Shown piece after piece: positions 1 to 14,449 of a DNA stretch of 64,000 nucleotides. This stretch comes from Anaeramoeba ignava BMAN (taxonomy: Eukaryota > Protista > Anaeramoebae): positions 930,001 to 994,000 of the forward strand of contig JAPDFW010000059.1 of the NCBI GenBank assembly GCA_028826165.1. The letters run 5' to 3'. Each line of letters begins with the position of its first letter. Positions within the stretch are counted from its first letter, which is position 1. The notes below the pieces were generated by a model, which worked only from the letters and a program-made list of their open reading frames with translations, was not told where the DNA came from and did no database searches. The position numbers and the translations under genes are program-made.

Positions 1-333
1 GATCTTGAAGAAATTGAACAATTTATGAAAAGAATTGGAACAGTTCATTTATTTTATAAATGTAAATCTTCCAAAAATTCAATAATTAATGAAGAAACTA
101 AAATCATTTTAAATTGGAAGAAAAAAAAAGTGGAACGTTTTATAGTTTTTTGTCAAGTTGATTATTTAGAAAACCAAAAAAAGAAACAAAATGAAACTTC
201 AAATGAATTTCTTTTCAAAACAAAAAAAAATCTAAACACTTTAATTCTTGTTCAAAAATATCCAGTTATTGCTTTGGAAATTATTCCAGTTGAAGATTAT
301 TTAATTGAAATTGAAAGATATATTAAAAAATAA
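1..333 (+). CDS. 3' end of a hypothetical protein (open from the window edge)
   Basis: Frame is open from base 1 (DLEEIEQFMKRIG...) to TAA at 331-333 with coding-like composition; no family recognised. Confidence 0.5.
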   Translation, partial: DLEEIEQFMKRIGTVHLFYKCKSSKNSIINEETKIILNWKKKKVERFIVFCQVDYLENQKKKQNETSNEFLFKTKKNLNTLILVQKYPVIALEIIPVEDYLIEIERYIKK

Positions 334-614
334 ATAAATTTAAATTTGTTTTTATTTTTTTGGAAATAAAATTGTTTTAATTAATAAAAAAAATGGATCT
401 TTTTTCTGTTTCTTTAAAAGAATAAAAATAAAGGTAATTTTTGTTTGAAATGAATCAAAATTGAGAATAAAAAGGGGAAAACGAATATACAAGAAATAAT
501 CATTATTTTCCTGAATCTATTTTTTAAGAAATAAAATGAATTAAAGAAATTGAAAATAATTTAAATCAAAACGATTCAAATTAAATTCAATTAAATTTAC
601 AAAATCCGAAAATC

Positions 615-2942
<2,328 letters not shown>

Positions 2943-3201
2943 TTTTATAAAAAAAATAAAAAAATAAAAAAATGAAAAAATGAAAAAAAAATGATTTGGC
3001 TTTGATTTTAATAAAAAAAATTTTTTTTTAAAACAAGTTTGGAATTACAAATGACTTTAAAAAATGGGAAACATAAAAAATAATTATTTATTCTTTATTA
3101 TTTCTTATTCATTTCCTTTTTTTTTTTTTTTAATTTTTAGAGAAAGAAGAAAAATTTTTTTTTTTTCAATATTTTTTTTTTCATTTTTTTACTTTTCTCA
3201 A
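2943..3201. promoter_or_regulatory. Divergent promoter region between EAF and small Tim, with opposing TCATTTTT (Inr-like) motifs
   Basis: AAAAATGA copies at about 2968-2994 (minus gene) and TCATTTTTTT at 3181 (plus gene). Confidence 0.5.
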
Positions 3202-3486
3202 ATGTTTTCTTTTTTTCAATCAAAATATAAAAATCCACAAATTGAAAAAATTTACAAAATTTCACCAAAAGAAATTGATAATTTCTATAAACAAATGAGT
3301 GAAATCACAACATTTTGTTTTAAACAATGTTCTTATCCAAAAAAAAAATCAGGACAATTAAATGACAAAGAAAAAGAATGTATATCTAATTGTATGGCTT
3401 GTTATTTAGAATCACTCAAAGAAGTTGAAAATCAATTTCTTCAAATAATTCAATCTCTTATTTCTGAACAATTAAAAAAAAAATGA
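3202..3486 (+). CDS. Small Tim chaperone (Tim8/9/10/13 family, twin CX3C)
   Basis: CFKQC-x-LNDKEKEC-ISNC twin CX3C motif, about 94 aa. ATG at 3202 follows the TCATTTT motif; the upstream part of the tracked ORF is poly-T UTR. Confidence 0.8.
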   Translation: MFSFFQSKYKNPQIEKIYKISPKEIDNFYKQMSEITTFCFKQCSYPKKKSGQLNDKEKECISNCMACYLESLKEVENQFLQIIQSLISEQLKKK

Positions 3487-3556
3487 GAAAAAAAAATCGG
3501 AAAAAAATTTTTTTTTAATTTTTTTAATTTTTCATTTTTTTATTTTTTTTTTCAAA

Positions 3557-4975
3557 ATGAAAAAAAGATTAAAAAGAAAAAAAGTTATTAATAAAAATAA
3601 TGCAAATCAACAAGTAAAACAATTACCTGGATATTATTTTGATTTAAAAGAACAAAAATACTATAAAATTAATGATCAAATTCGACTTAAAATTCAAAAA
3701 GAAAAAGATAAAAAAAAAGAAAAAGAAAAATTAGTTGAAAAAGAAAATAGAAAAATGAAAACAAAAAATTACAAAAATTTTGCAGTTGTTGAATCAAAAA
3801 GTGTATTTTATTCACAAATTACAAACAATTCCAAAGTATTTAAATATCCAGAACAAGAAATATTCTACTCTCTATATTCCAACTTGGAATTATCAAACAG
3901 TAAATTATTGGATTATAATTCAGTCAATGAAGAACATGTTTTTGGAATTGAAACATTTTTCTCATTTGGATCTTGTGGTGTCAAAATGGAAAGCAATCCA
4001 ATAAAACCTGAATTTATTGTAATTGGAAATGAAAATTCAAAATTAAGTTTGATTGATTTTGAAATTAAACAAAATGATTTGGAAATCATCCCAAAAATTG
4101 AATTTATTAAAATTGAAAATTCCCAAATTAGCTTATTAAATTGGATTGAAGGAAATGAAATTATTTATAGTTTGTTGGGGAATTCAAACCAAGGAGGCCA
4201 ATTAAGAATGATGAATATTGGCACTTATAATATTGAGACTTGGTTGGATTTTCCAATGAAAAGTGTATGGAGTTTTTGCTATAGAAACGATTTCTGGAAT
4301 CGATTTAACAATGGATCAAAGAATTTCAATAAAAATTCTATTCATTTAATTGGAGTTGGAATTTCAAAAGGAGGTTTTGCAATGGATTTCCAAACACATC
4401 AATTGATTAGAAGTATTTTCACTGCTAAAAGCGATGTTCTTTCTCAACAAATATCGACTGGAGAATCTGTTATTCTTAATGGCTGCCGTTCTGGTCGAAT
4501 TTATATTCAAGATTTAAGACAAAAAAAGAGCAGTTTAGTTTTGAATAAATTCAATCGTAATTTATCTCCTGTTTCAAATATGATTTTCTTAAGTGATGAA
4601 TTTAGACTTCTTTGCAGTGGAATGGATGGTAGAGTTGTTATGAGCGATCTTCGTTTTGTCAAGGATCAATTTATGTTGAGAAAATCTGAGAATTCTTTTA
4701 GTTTTAATTCCTTGAAAGTTGATCCACAAGAATCTCTCGTTTTTTTTGCAGGAAAAAATGGGAAAATTGAAGGTTTACCGTTGAATTTGAACAAAAATTT
4801 GAAATTTGAGTATGAGAATGAGAAGAATGATCCAATTGTTTCTTTTGTTGTGAATGAAGAATGGAGAAATTATGAAGATCATAAATTAATCTCAAAAAAT
4901 GGGATTTTAAGTTTTACAAAAAATTATGAATTAAATTATTTTTCCAAAAGAAACAAGATTTTAAATAAAATTTGA
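3557..4975 (+). CDS. DCAF4: DDB1- and CUL4-associated factor 4 (WDR21)-like WD40 protein
   Basis: N-terminal LPGYYFD..EQKYYKI motif; KSDVLSQQ...NGCRSGRIYIQDLR and SDLR DxR motifs. Confidence 0.8.
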   Translation: MKKRLKRKKVINKNNANQQVKQLPGYYFDLKEQKYYKINDQIRLKIQKEKDKKKEKEKLVEKENRKMKTKNYKNFAVVESKSVFYSQITNNSKVFKYPEQEIFYSLYSNLELSNSKLLDYNSVNEEHVFGIETFFSFGSCGVKMESNPIKPEFIVIGNENSKLSLIDFEIKQNDLEIIPKIEFIKIENSQISLLNWIEGNEIIYSLLGNSNQGGQLRMMNIGTYNIETWLDFPMKSVWSFCYRNDFWNRFNNGSKNFNKNSIHLIGVGISKGGFAMDFQTHQLIRSIFTAKSDVLSQQISTGESVILNGCRSGRIYIQDLRQKKSSLVLNKFNRNLSPVSNMIFLSDEFRLLCSGMDGRVVMSDLRFVKDQFMLRKSENSFSFNSLKVDPQESLVFFAGKNGKIEGLPLNLNKNLKFEYENEKNDPIVSFVVNEEWRNYEDHKLISKNGILSFTKNYELNYFSKRNKILNKI

Positions 4976-5004
4976 ATAGAATTTTAAATAAATTTATATT
5001 AATA

Positions 5005-7240
5005 TTAAATTTAGATTATTTTTAAAATAATATTTTAAATAAATTTATAATAAAATTATTAATAAATTTTTATTTAATTTTTGATTAAAATATTAATAAA
5101 TTATTTTGATTAATTTTATATTATTATTAAATTAATAAATTATTAATAATTAAATTTAGATTATTTTTAAAATAATATTTTAAATAAATTTATAATAAAA
5201 ATATTAATAAATTTTTATTTAATTTTTGATTAAAATATTAATAAAATATTTTAATTAATTTTATATTAATTTTAAATTAATAAATTATTAATAATTAAAT
5301 TTAAATTATTTTAAATAAAATATTTTAAATAAATTTATAATAAAAATTATTAATAAATTTTTATTTAATTTTTGATTAAAATATTAATAAATATATTTTG
5401 ATTAATTTTTATTATTATTAAATTAATAAATTATTAATAATTAAATTTAGATTATTTTTAATTAAAATATTTTAAATAAATTTATAATAAAATTATTAAT
5501 AAATTTTATTTAATTTTTGATTAAAATATTAATAAATTATTTTAATTAATTTTATATTATTATTAAATTAATAAATTATTAATAATTAAATTTAGATTAT
5601 TTTTAAAAAAAATATTTTAAATAAATTTATAATAAAATTATTAATAAAATTTTTATTTAATTTTTGATTAAAATATTAATAAAATATTTTGATTAATTTT
5701 ATATTATTTTTAAATTAATAAATTATTAATAATTAAATTTAAATTATTTTTAATAAAATATTTTAAATAAATTTATAATAAAATTATTAATAAATTTTTA
5801 TTTAATTTTTGATTAAAAATATTAATAAATTATTTTAATTAATTTTATATTATTTTTAAATTAATAAATTATTAATAATTAAATTTAGATTATTTTTAAT
5901 TAATATTTTAAATAAATTTATAATAAAATATTAATAAATTTTTATTTAATTTTTGATTAAAATATTAATAAATTATTTTAATTAATTTTATATTATTATT
6001 AAATTAATAAATTATTAATAATTAAATTTAGATTATTTTTAAATTAATATTTTAAATAAAATTATAATAAAATTATTAATAAATTTTTATTTAATTTTTG
6101 ATTAAAATATTAATAAAATTATTTTTAATTAATTTTTATATTATTTTAAATTAATAAATTATTAATAATTAAATTTAGATTATTTTTAAATTAATATTTT
6201 TAAATAAATTTATAATAAAATTATTAATAAATTTTTATTTAATTTTTGATTAAAAATATTAATAAATTATTTTAATTAATTTTATATTATTATTAAATTA
6301 ATAAATTATTAATAATTAAATTTAGATTATTTTTAAATTAATATTTTAAATAAAATTATAATAAAATATTAATAAATTTTTATTTAATTTTTGATTAAAA
6401 TATTAATAAATTATTTTAATTAATTTTATATTATTATTAAATTAATAAATTATTAATAATTAAATTTAGATTATTTTTAAATTAATATTTTAAATAAATT
6501 TATAATAAAATTATTAATAAATTTTTATTTAATTTTTGATTAAAATATTAATAAAATATTTTTATTAATTTTATATTATTATTAAATTAATAAATTATTA
6601 ATAATTAAATTTAGATTATTTTTAATAAAATATTTTAAATAAATTTATAATAAAATTATTAATAAATTTTTATTTAATTTTTGATTAAAATATTAATAAA
6701 ATATTTTGATAAATTTTATATTATTATTAAATTAATAAATTATTAATAATTAAATTTAGATTATTTTTAAATTAATATTTTAAATAAAATTATAATAAAA
6801 ATTATTAATAAATTTTTATTTAATTTTTGATTAAAATATTAATAAAAAATATTTTAATTAATTTTATATTATTATTAAATTAATAAATTATTAATAATTA
6901 AATTTAGATTATTTTTAAATTAATATTTTTAAATAAAATTATATATTAAAATTATTAATAAATTTTTTTTTTTATTTTTGATTAAAAATATTAATAAAAT
7001 TATTTTAATTAATTTTATATTATTATTTTAAATTAATAAATTATTAATAATTAAATTTAGATTATTTTTAAATTAATATTTTAAATAAATTTATAATAAA
7101 ATTATTAATAAATTTTTATTTAATTTTTGATTAAAATATTAATAAAATATTTTAATTAATTTTATATTATTATTAGATTAATAAATTATTAATAATTAAA
7201 TTTAGATTATTTTTAATATAATATTTTAAATAAAATTTTA
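5005..7240. repeat. Tandem satellite family A, unit about 145-147 bp, about 15 copies
   Basis: TTAGATTATT anchor (or a variant) recurs at about 5011, 5156, 5301, 5447, 5592 and onward. Confidence 0.92.
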
Positions 7241-7439
7241 AATTTGGATTTTTGTTTTTTTAAAGTAGGATCCAAAATAAATTTAGATCAAAATCTTAAT
7301 TAAAAAAAAATAAATTAAGAAAATCAAATAATTTTTATATTAAATTAGTAATTAATTTATTTTTTTATTATTTAACAAAAAAAAAAGTTTTTATTTTTCA
7401 TTTTTTTTTTACAAAATTTTATTTTTAAAACAATTTTAG

Positions 7440-10001
7440 ATGACTGAGATTACAATAAACGTAAAATTATCAACTGGTTCATTGATTTCAATAGAAGTTA
7501 ATAAAGCATGGACTATAACCGAATTAAAAGAAAAACTAGCTGGAGTAACACAAATACCAGCAGAACAACAAAATTTAGTATTTGCAGGACAAGTTTTAAA
7601 AGATCAACGAGAAATAGAAAGTTATGGTAAATTTTATTTTAATTTTAATTTTGATTTTAATTTTAATTTTAATTTTAATTTTAATTTTAATTTTTTAATT
7701 TTATTTTAATTTTAATTTTTAAAAATTTTAATTTTAATTTTAATTTTAATTTTATTTTAATTTAATAATAATTTTATAATTTTAATTTTTAATTTTAATT
7801 TTAATTTTAATTTTAATTTTAATTTTAATAAAATTTTAAATGAATTTTTTATAATTTTAATTTTAATTTTAAATTAAAATTATTTTTTTAATTTTAAATT
7901 TAAAATTATTTTTAATAAAATATTTTAAATTTTAAAATTTTAATTTTTGGATTTTTGTTTTTAATTTTAGGATAATTTTAATTTTAATTTTTTAAATTTT
8001 AATCAAAATTTTATTTTAAAAATAATTTTTAAGAAAATCAAATAATTTTTATATTAAATTAGTAATTAATTTTATTTTTATTATTTAACAAAAGTTTTTT
8101 TATTTTTCATTTTTACAAAATTTTTATTTTAAAACAATTTTAGATGACTGAGATTACAATAAACGTAAAATTTTCAACTGGTTAATCGTGCATGGACTAT
8201 AATTTTAATTTTAATTTTAATTTTAATTTTAAAATTTTAAAAACTTTTTAATTTTAATTTTAACACAAATACCTTGAATTTTAATTCAAAATTTAGTAAT
8301 TTTGCAGGACAAGTTTTAAAAGATCAACGAGAAATTTTAGAATTTTAATTTTAATTTTAATTTTAATTTTAATTTTAATTTTAATTTTAATTTTAATTTT
8401 ATTTAATTTTAATTTTATTTAATTTTATAAATTAATTTTAATTTTAATTTTAATTTTAATTTTAATTTTAATTTTAATTTTAATTTTAATTTCTAATTTT
8501 AATTTTAATTTATTTTTTTACATGATTTGAATTTTAATTTATTTTTTTTTATTTGAATTTTTTTTTTATTTTTTTCCGAATTTAGGAATAAAGGAAAAAA
8601 ACACAATATATCTTGTTAAAAGAGCCGCAAACAAAATATCACAAGGATTAGGAGCAAAGCCAAAGAGCACAACAACGAACACAACGAACCCAACAAACAC
8701 AACACAAACACAACAACCACAACAACAACCACGACAACAACCAAATAATCCATTTGGGGGATTAGGTGGTTTAGGGGGATTAGGTGGAATGGGCGGATTT
8801 GGAATGCCAAACATGGACATGAATCAAATGATGGAAATGATGAACAACCCGTTGATCCAGCAAATGATGGACTCAATGATGCAAAATCCACAAGTTCTAC
8901 AAATGATGATCCAAAGCAATCCAATGATCCAACAAATGATAAATGCAAATCCTGAACTCCAGCATGTTTTCAACAACCCCGAAGTCATGCGTCAGGTAAT
9001 GGACATGATACGCAATCCAGAGCTCATGCAGCAAATGCAGCGCGGTCTAGACTTGCAAATGGGCCAGCTCTCAAACCTTCCAAACGGATTTAGTCAACTA
9101 AGAAGTTTGTACGATGAATTCCAACAGCCAATGATGGATGCTATGTCACAAAGAAACACAGACCAAGAAAGCGAGGATGTTCAACAAACAGAACAACAAC
9201 AATCCACTGGCATCCCTAATACTCAACCAATGCCAAATCCTTGGTCTAGTCAACAACAATCTCATCAATCAACTCAAACTCAATCCCAAAATCCTCAAAA
9301 TCAAACTCGAAATCAATCCCAAAATCAATCACAAAATTCTAACCCTTTTAATTTCCAAGGAATGTTCGATTCTTTCTTGAATAATCCTGATTTAATGCAG
9401 CAAATGATGCAAAATAATCCCTTTTTATCTGGTTTTCAACAACCTCAAAATCAATCTCAAAATCAAACCCAAAATCAAACCCAAAATCAAACCCAAAATC
9501 GAAATCCTTTTAGTTTAGATTTTTTGTCAATGTTTAATCAACCGTATGATTTCAAATCAAATTAAAACAAAATATTTAAAAAATTTAAAAAATTGAAAAA
9601 ATTTAAAAAAATTGAAAAAATATTTCCTTTCATGTTAAATCAAATTTTTATTTAAATTTTATTTCTTTTCTTTCAGTCAAAATCAAACGAGAAACACAAC
9701 AACACAACCAACAAACACAGAAACTGATCCAAACAAACAACAAACTCAACCAAAAGGTTAGTTCTTTCTTTTTTTTTTTTAATTTCTAATATCTAGAAAT
9801 AATAAAATCATTAAATAAATTTTCTTTTCTTTCTAAATAATTAAAAAAGATCAAGAAAGACCAGAAATAAGATATGCTTCTCAACTTTCTCAATTAAATG
9901 AAATGGGATTTACAGATCCAAAAGATAATATTGAAGCTTTAATTTCAACTGGTGGAAACATACAAGCAGCAATTTCTCTTTTATTGAGCAAAGAAAAATA
10001 A
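7440..10001 (+). CDS. UBQLN: Ubiquilin/Dsk2 (UBL-STI1-UBA); exons 7440-7626, 8586-9543, 9677-9756, 9850-10001
   Basis: UBL domain (QQNLVFAGQVLKD...SYGI), Met/Gln-rich STI1 repeats, PMPNPW motif and UBA (RYASQLSQLNEMGF...NIEALISTGGNIQAAI). All junctions are GT-AG and in frame. Confidence 0.92.
8030..8340 (+). pseudogene. Degenerate copy of the ubiquilin upstream region and exon 1 inside intron 1
   Basis: TTTTAGATGACTGAGATTACAATAAACGTAAAA and TTTGCAGGACAAGTTTTAAAAGATCAACGAGAAA repeat sequence from 7320-7615, interrupted by (AATTTT)n. Confidence 0.7.
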
Positions 10002-10299
10002 ATTTCAAAATAAATTTAATAATAATAATAACACAAGTAATAAACAATTTTCAAGAATGAAGTTTGTTACTGCGTTTTTAAAACAATTTTATCATTTTCA
10101 GAGAGTATTTTAATTGGTTTAGAACCAACGAAAAATTTCCATTTTTTTGTTTTCTTTTCATTTTCTTTTCATTTTCTTTTTCTTTTCTTTTCTTTTGATT
10201 TTCTTTTTCATTTTCTTTTTTGATTTTTTGATTTTCTTTTCTTTTTCTTTTTTGATTTTTTGATAAAAAAATTAGTGAAAAAAAAAACAATTTTAATTT

Positions 10300-11815
10300 T
10301 TGATTTATTTCAAAAATAAAATAAAGATTATTAAATAATTAAATTTAAAATTAATTCTAATTTATATATTTTATTAATATTCCTTTATTTAAAAATAAAA
10401 TTAAAAAATATTCAAATAAAATTAATAAAATATTTATTTAAATTAAATAATTAAATTTAAAATTAATTCTAATTTATATATTTTATTAATATTCCTTTAT
10501 TTAAAATAATATAAAATTAATTAAAATATTTAAATAAAATTAATAAAATATTTTGATTAATTTATTTCAAAAATAAAATAAGGAATATTAAATAATTAAA
10601 TTTAAATTTAATTCTAATTTATATATTTTATTAATATTCCTTTATTTAAAATAATATAAAATTAATTAAAATATTTAAATAAAATTAATAAAATATTTTG
10701 ATTAATTTATTTTAAAAATGAGATAAAGATTATTAAATTAAATTTAAATTTAATTCTAATTTATATATTTTATTAATTTAAAATTTAAAAAATGTAAAAT
10801 TAATTAAATATTTAAATAAAATTAATAAAATATTTTAATTAATTTATTTCAAAAATAAAATAAAAATTATTAAATATTTAAATTTAAAATTAATTTAATT
10901 TATATTTTTATTAATTTATTTTAAAAAATAATATAAAATTAATCAAAATAATTAAAATTTAAAATATTTTGATTAATTTATTTTAAAAATGAGATAAAGA
11001 TTATTAAATAATTAAATTTAAAAATTAATTTATTTATATATTTTATTAATAATTCTTTATTTAAAATAATGTAAAATTAATTAAAATATTTAAATAAAAT
11101 TAATAAAATATTTTAATTAATTTATTTCAAAAATAAAATAAAGATTATTAAATAATTAAATTTAAATTTAATTCTAATTTATATATTTTATTAATATTTC
11201 TTTTATTTAAAATAATATAAAATTAATTAAAATATTTAAATAAAATTAATAAAATATTTTAATTAATTTATTTTAAAAATAAAATAAAGATTATTAAATA
11301 ATTAAATTTAAAATTAATTCTAATTTATATATTTTATTAATATTTCTTTTATTTAAAAATAATTAAAATTAATTAAAATATTTTAAATAAAATTAATTTT
11401 AAAATTTATTTAAAATAAAATTAAATATTTAAATTTAAAATTAATTTAATTTAATTAATAATTCTTTATTTAAAATAATATAAAATTAATCAAAATATTT
11501 AAATTAATAAAATATTTTAAATTAATTTATTTCAAAAAATAAAATAAAGATTATTAAATAATTAAATTTAAAATTAATTCTAATTTATATATTTTATTAA
11601 TATTCCTTTATTTAAAATAATATAAAATTATTCAAAATATTTAAATAAAATTAATAAAATATTTTAATTAATTTATTTCAAAAATAAAATAAAGATTATA
11701 AAATAATTAAATTTAAATTTAATTCTAATTTATATATTTTATTAATAATTCTTTATTTAAAATAATATAAAATTAATTAAAATATTTAAATAAAATTAAT
11801 AAAATATTTTAATAA
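10300..11815. repeat. Tandem satellite family B, unit about 145 bp, downstream of BTB-TLDc copy 1
   Basis: Recurrent TTAATTCTAATTTATATATTTTATTAAT; same unit as at 14450-15040 and 17170-17760. Confidence 0.9.
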
Positions 11816-12096
11816 AGATGAAAATTGAATTTTAATAATTTTTGATAATAAATTTTAATTGTTTTTTTCTTAAATTATCTAATAGAAATAAATTTAAGTT
11901 TAATTATTATTAATTTCTATTTTCAATTCTTATTTTTATTTATTAGCTTGAAATTAAATTTTTATTAAAATTTTTAAATTAAAATTAAATTGTTTAAAAT
12001 TAGATTTGTTTCCTATTTATTGATTCGAAGAATTTAATTTGATTAAAAGTAAATTAAAATAAAATCCAATCTCTCAAAAAAATAAGAAAAAAGTTT
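11816..12096 (-). repeat. About 280-bp 3' flank shared by the three minus-strand TLDc genes (also 15041-15320 and 17761-18040)
   Basis: Near-identical GATGAAAATTGAATTTT...TATTAGCTTGAAATT...CAATCTCTCAAAAAAATAAG in all three. Confidence 0.9.
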
Positions 12097-14364
12097 TTAA
12101 ATGAAATAAGTCTCAAGTTCATCAACAACCCATTTATTAGAAGAACCAGCTAAATAATTCAAAGCTTCATTTGTTCCTCGTGTAATTCCATTAGGCAAAT
12201 TGTAGTGGTTACCAAAATATGTATAACCAGGTTGTAGATTTGAATATAAAGCAATATCATCTAAACATATTTTTAATAAAGATAAATAAATAATTAATAA
12301 TAATAAATTTTATGATTAAATAAAAATCATTTACAATCTATTTTAATAAAGATAAATAATTAATAATTCAATTTAAAATTTAATTCATTTTAAATAAAAA
12401 TCATTTACAATCTATTTTAATAATAATTAATAATAATCCAATTTAAAATTGATATTATTTATTAAATGGAAAATCATTTACAATCTATTTTAAAAAAGAT
12501 AATTAATAATATTGATAATTTGGATTACTTATTAAATAGTAAATTATTTACCCACTATTTTAATAAAGATAAATAATTAATTTTAATAATAATTAATAAT
12601 AATCCAATTTAAAATTGATATTATTTATTGAATGGAAAATCATTTACAATCTATTTTAAAAAAGATAATTAATAATATTAATATTTTGGATTACTTATTG
12701 AATGGAAAATCATTTACAATCTATTTTAAAAAAGATAATTAATAATATTAATAATTTGGATTACTTATTAAATAATAAATTATTTACCCCCTATTTTAAT
12801 AAAGATAAATAATTAATTTTAATAATAATTAATAATAATCCAATTTAAAATTGATATTATTTATTAATGAAAAATATTATATTTACTTCCAAAAGTTGGA
12901 CCGAAATTCGGATGATAATAAATCGCAAATTTTTCTTGACCTTTTTTAATTGTAAATTTATCTGGATTTCTATTTCCTTCTCCATTTCTTAATGAGAAAA
13001 TAAAAGCATTTGAATCTTTTATGTAACCATAACCTCCATTATCAATACTCCACTTTGATCTATCATTTGTAAATCCAACTTGAGTGAAACCTCCAAAAAT
13101 AAAATTATCTTTTGTTTTGATAATAACTAATGTTTTTCCTTTATCATCAACTGCTTTATGCCAGTTTTGAGAATTAAATCCATCTTTTTTTGCTGAAAAT
13201 CCTTTTTTCATTTTAGAAAAAAAATTATTATCATTTATCCATTCATTTAATTTCAAAGGAAATTCTTTTTCGTTAATAATTTCTGAATCTGAGAATTGAG
13301 GAAAATTCATTCGCAATTCTGTCATTTTCTTTTGATATTCAAAAAAAATTGGTTTCATCTGGTAATTTTCAAATTTCAAATAGTTAAGCTCGTTGTTTTT
13401 CTGTTCAATTTCCCTATCTTTCTCTTCAACTTCTTTTTTCCATTTCTCTTCAATTTCTTTTTTTTTATCCCGAATTTCTTTTCTTTTGGAGCTGATTTTC
13501 TTATCTTTTTTCTTATTTTCTTGAAATAATTTTCTTTCGCGATTTATTAAAAAAGATTTGGGAAAAAAATCCAAATCTTTTAATTTAGCCAAAACTCTTT
13601 TTGAAATTGAATCTTTATCAAATAATGAAAAAAAAGAATGAAATAATCTTTTCTTTTCAAAATATTTCACTTTCTTTTGTGCTAATCTTTGATTTCTTTT
13701 CTTGATCCATTTATTTAAAAAATGAAAAAAATCAAATTGAAAAATTTCTTTTTTTTCTTGTTTAAATTGAATAAATTTGATAATTTCTTTTTCAGTTAAA
13801 TTGAATAAATTCTCATTATTCTGAACTTGGGAAAAATTTTGATTTATTAATTCAAAACATTTTATTTCAATTTCATTTGAATTTAAATTTCGATTTTGGA
13901 ATAAAAATTGGAAAAAATTTGAATAATTAATTGAATTTGAAATTTTTTTTTGAATAATTTCTTTCAATAAATTTAATTTAAAATAAATTGAAATTTCCAA
14001 TAATTGAAAAAGATTTTCTTGATTCTCAAAAGAAATATTTCCATAATAAATATAACTTAAAATTGATTCCATTTCTCTTTTATTAAATTGATCTAAAAAA
14101 ATTTTATCAATATCATTTTGTTCTCTTAAAAACTTATTAAAAAAAGGAGATCTTGAAGATAAAATTGATTTATGAACTTTAATTTCAAAAGGATTTGATT
14201 TATTCTCAACAAAAATTGAAAAATCTTTAAATGAATTTCCATTTAAAAGGTTTGAATAATCTTTAATTAAATTTTTTGTTACTTTTTTTTCTAAATTTTT
14301 CATTTCATTTTGATTTGCATTTTGATTTGCATTTTCAAATTTGGTTATTATTATTATTATTCAT
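12097..14364 (-). CDS. BTB - coiled coil - TLDc protein, copy 1; main exon ends 12887, microexon array, last exon 12260-12097
   Basis: BTB (IKVHKSILSSRSPFF) and TLDc (KGKTLVIIKT..FIFGGFT, FIFSL, GPTFG). The last exon (DIALYSNLQPG...YLAGS..KWVVDELETYFI*) matches paralogue C-termini. An extra base near 14340 breaks the frame from ATG 14364; ATG 14303 is in frame. Confidence 0.88.
12261..12886 (-). other. Array of 8 short introns and seven 3-nt microexons: GGG 12790-12788, ATT 12720-12718, ATT 12650-12648, TGG 12554-12552, ATT 12484-12482, ATT 12411-12409, ATT 12337-12335
   Basis: On the minus strand each unit reads AAAATAG|NNN|GTAAAT. Intron lengths are 96, 67, 67, 93, 67, 70, 71 and 74 nt (605 + 21 = 626). 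GTAAAT is also the donor inferred for EAF, ubiquilin, TAF5 and At4g15545-like introns. Confidence 0.75.
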
Positions 14365-14449
14365 TTTGTTTTTGTTTTTGTTTTTGTTTTTTAAATAAAA
14401 TTTGAAAAGAAAAAAATGAAAAAAAATTTTATTTTTAATTTTTATTTTT

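Noticed and set aside
3064-3201. Phe-rich N-terminal extension of the small Tim ORF
   Set aside because: Poly-T promoter/UTR sequence; ATG 3202 after the TCATTTT motif fits the family size
12864-12886. ORF-track C-terminus SKYNIFH* of BTB-TLDc copy 1
   Set aside because: Read-through into the intron; the conserved C-terminus lies in exon 12260-12097
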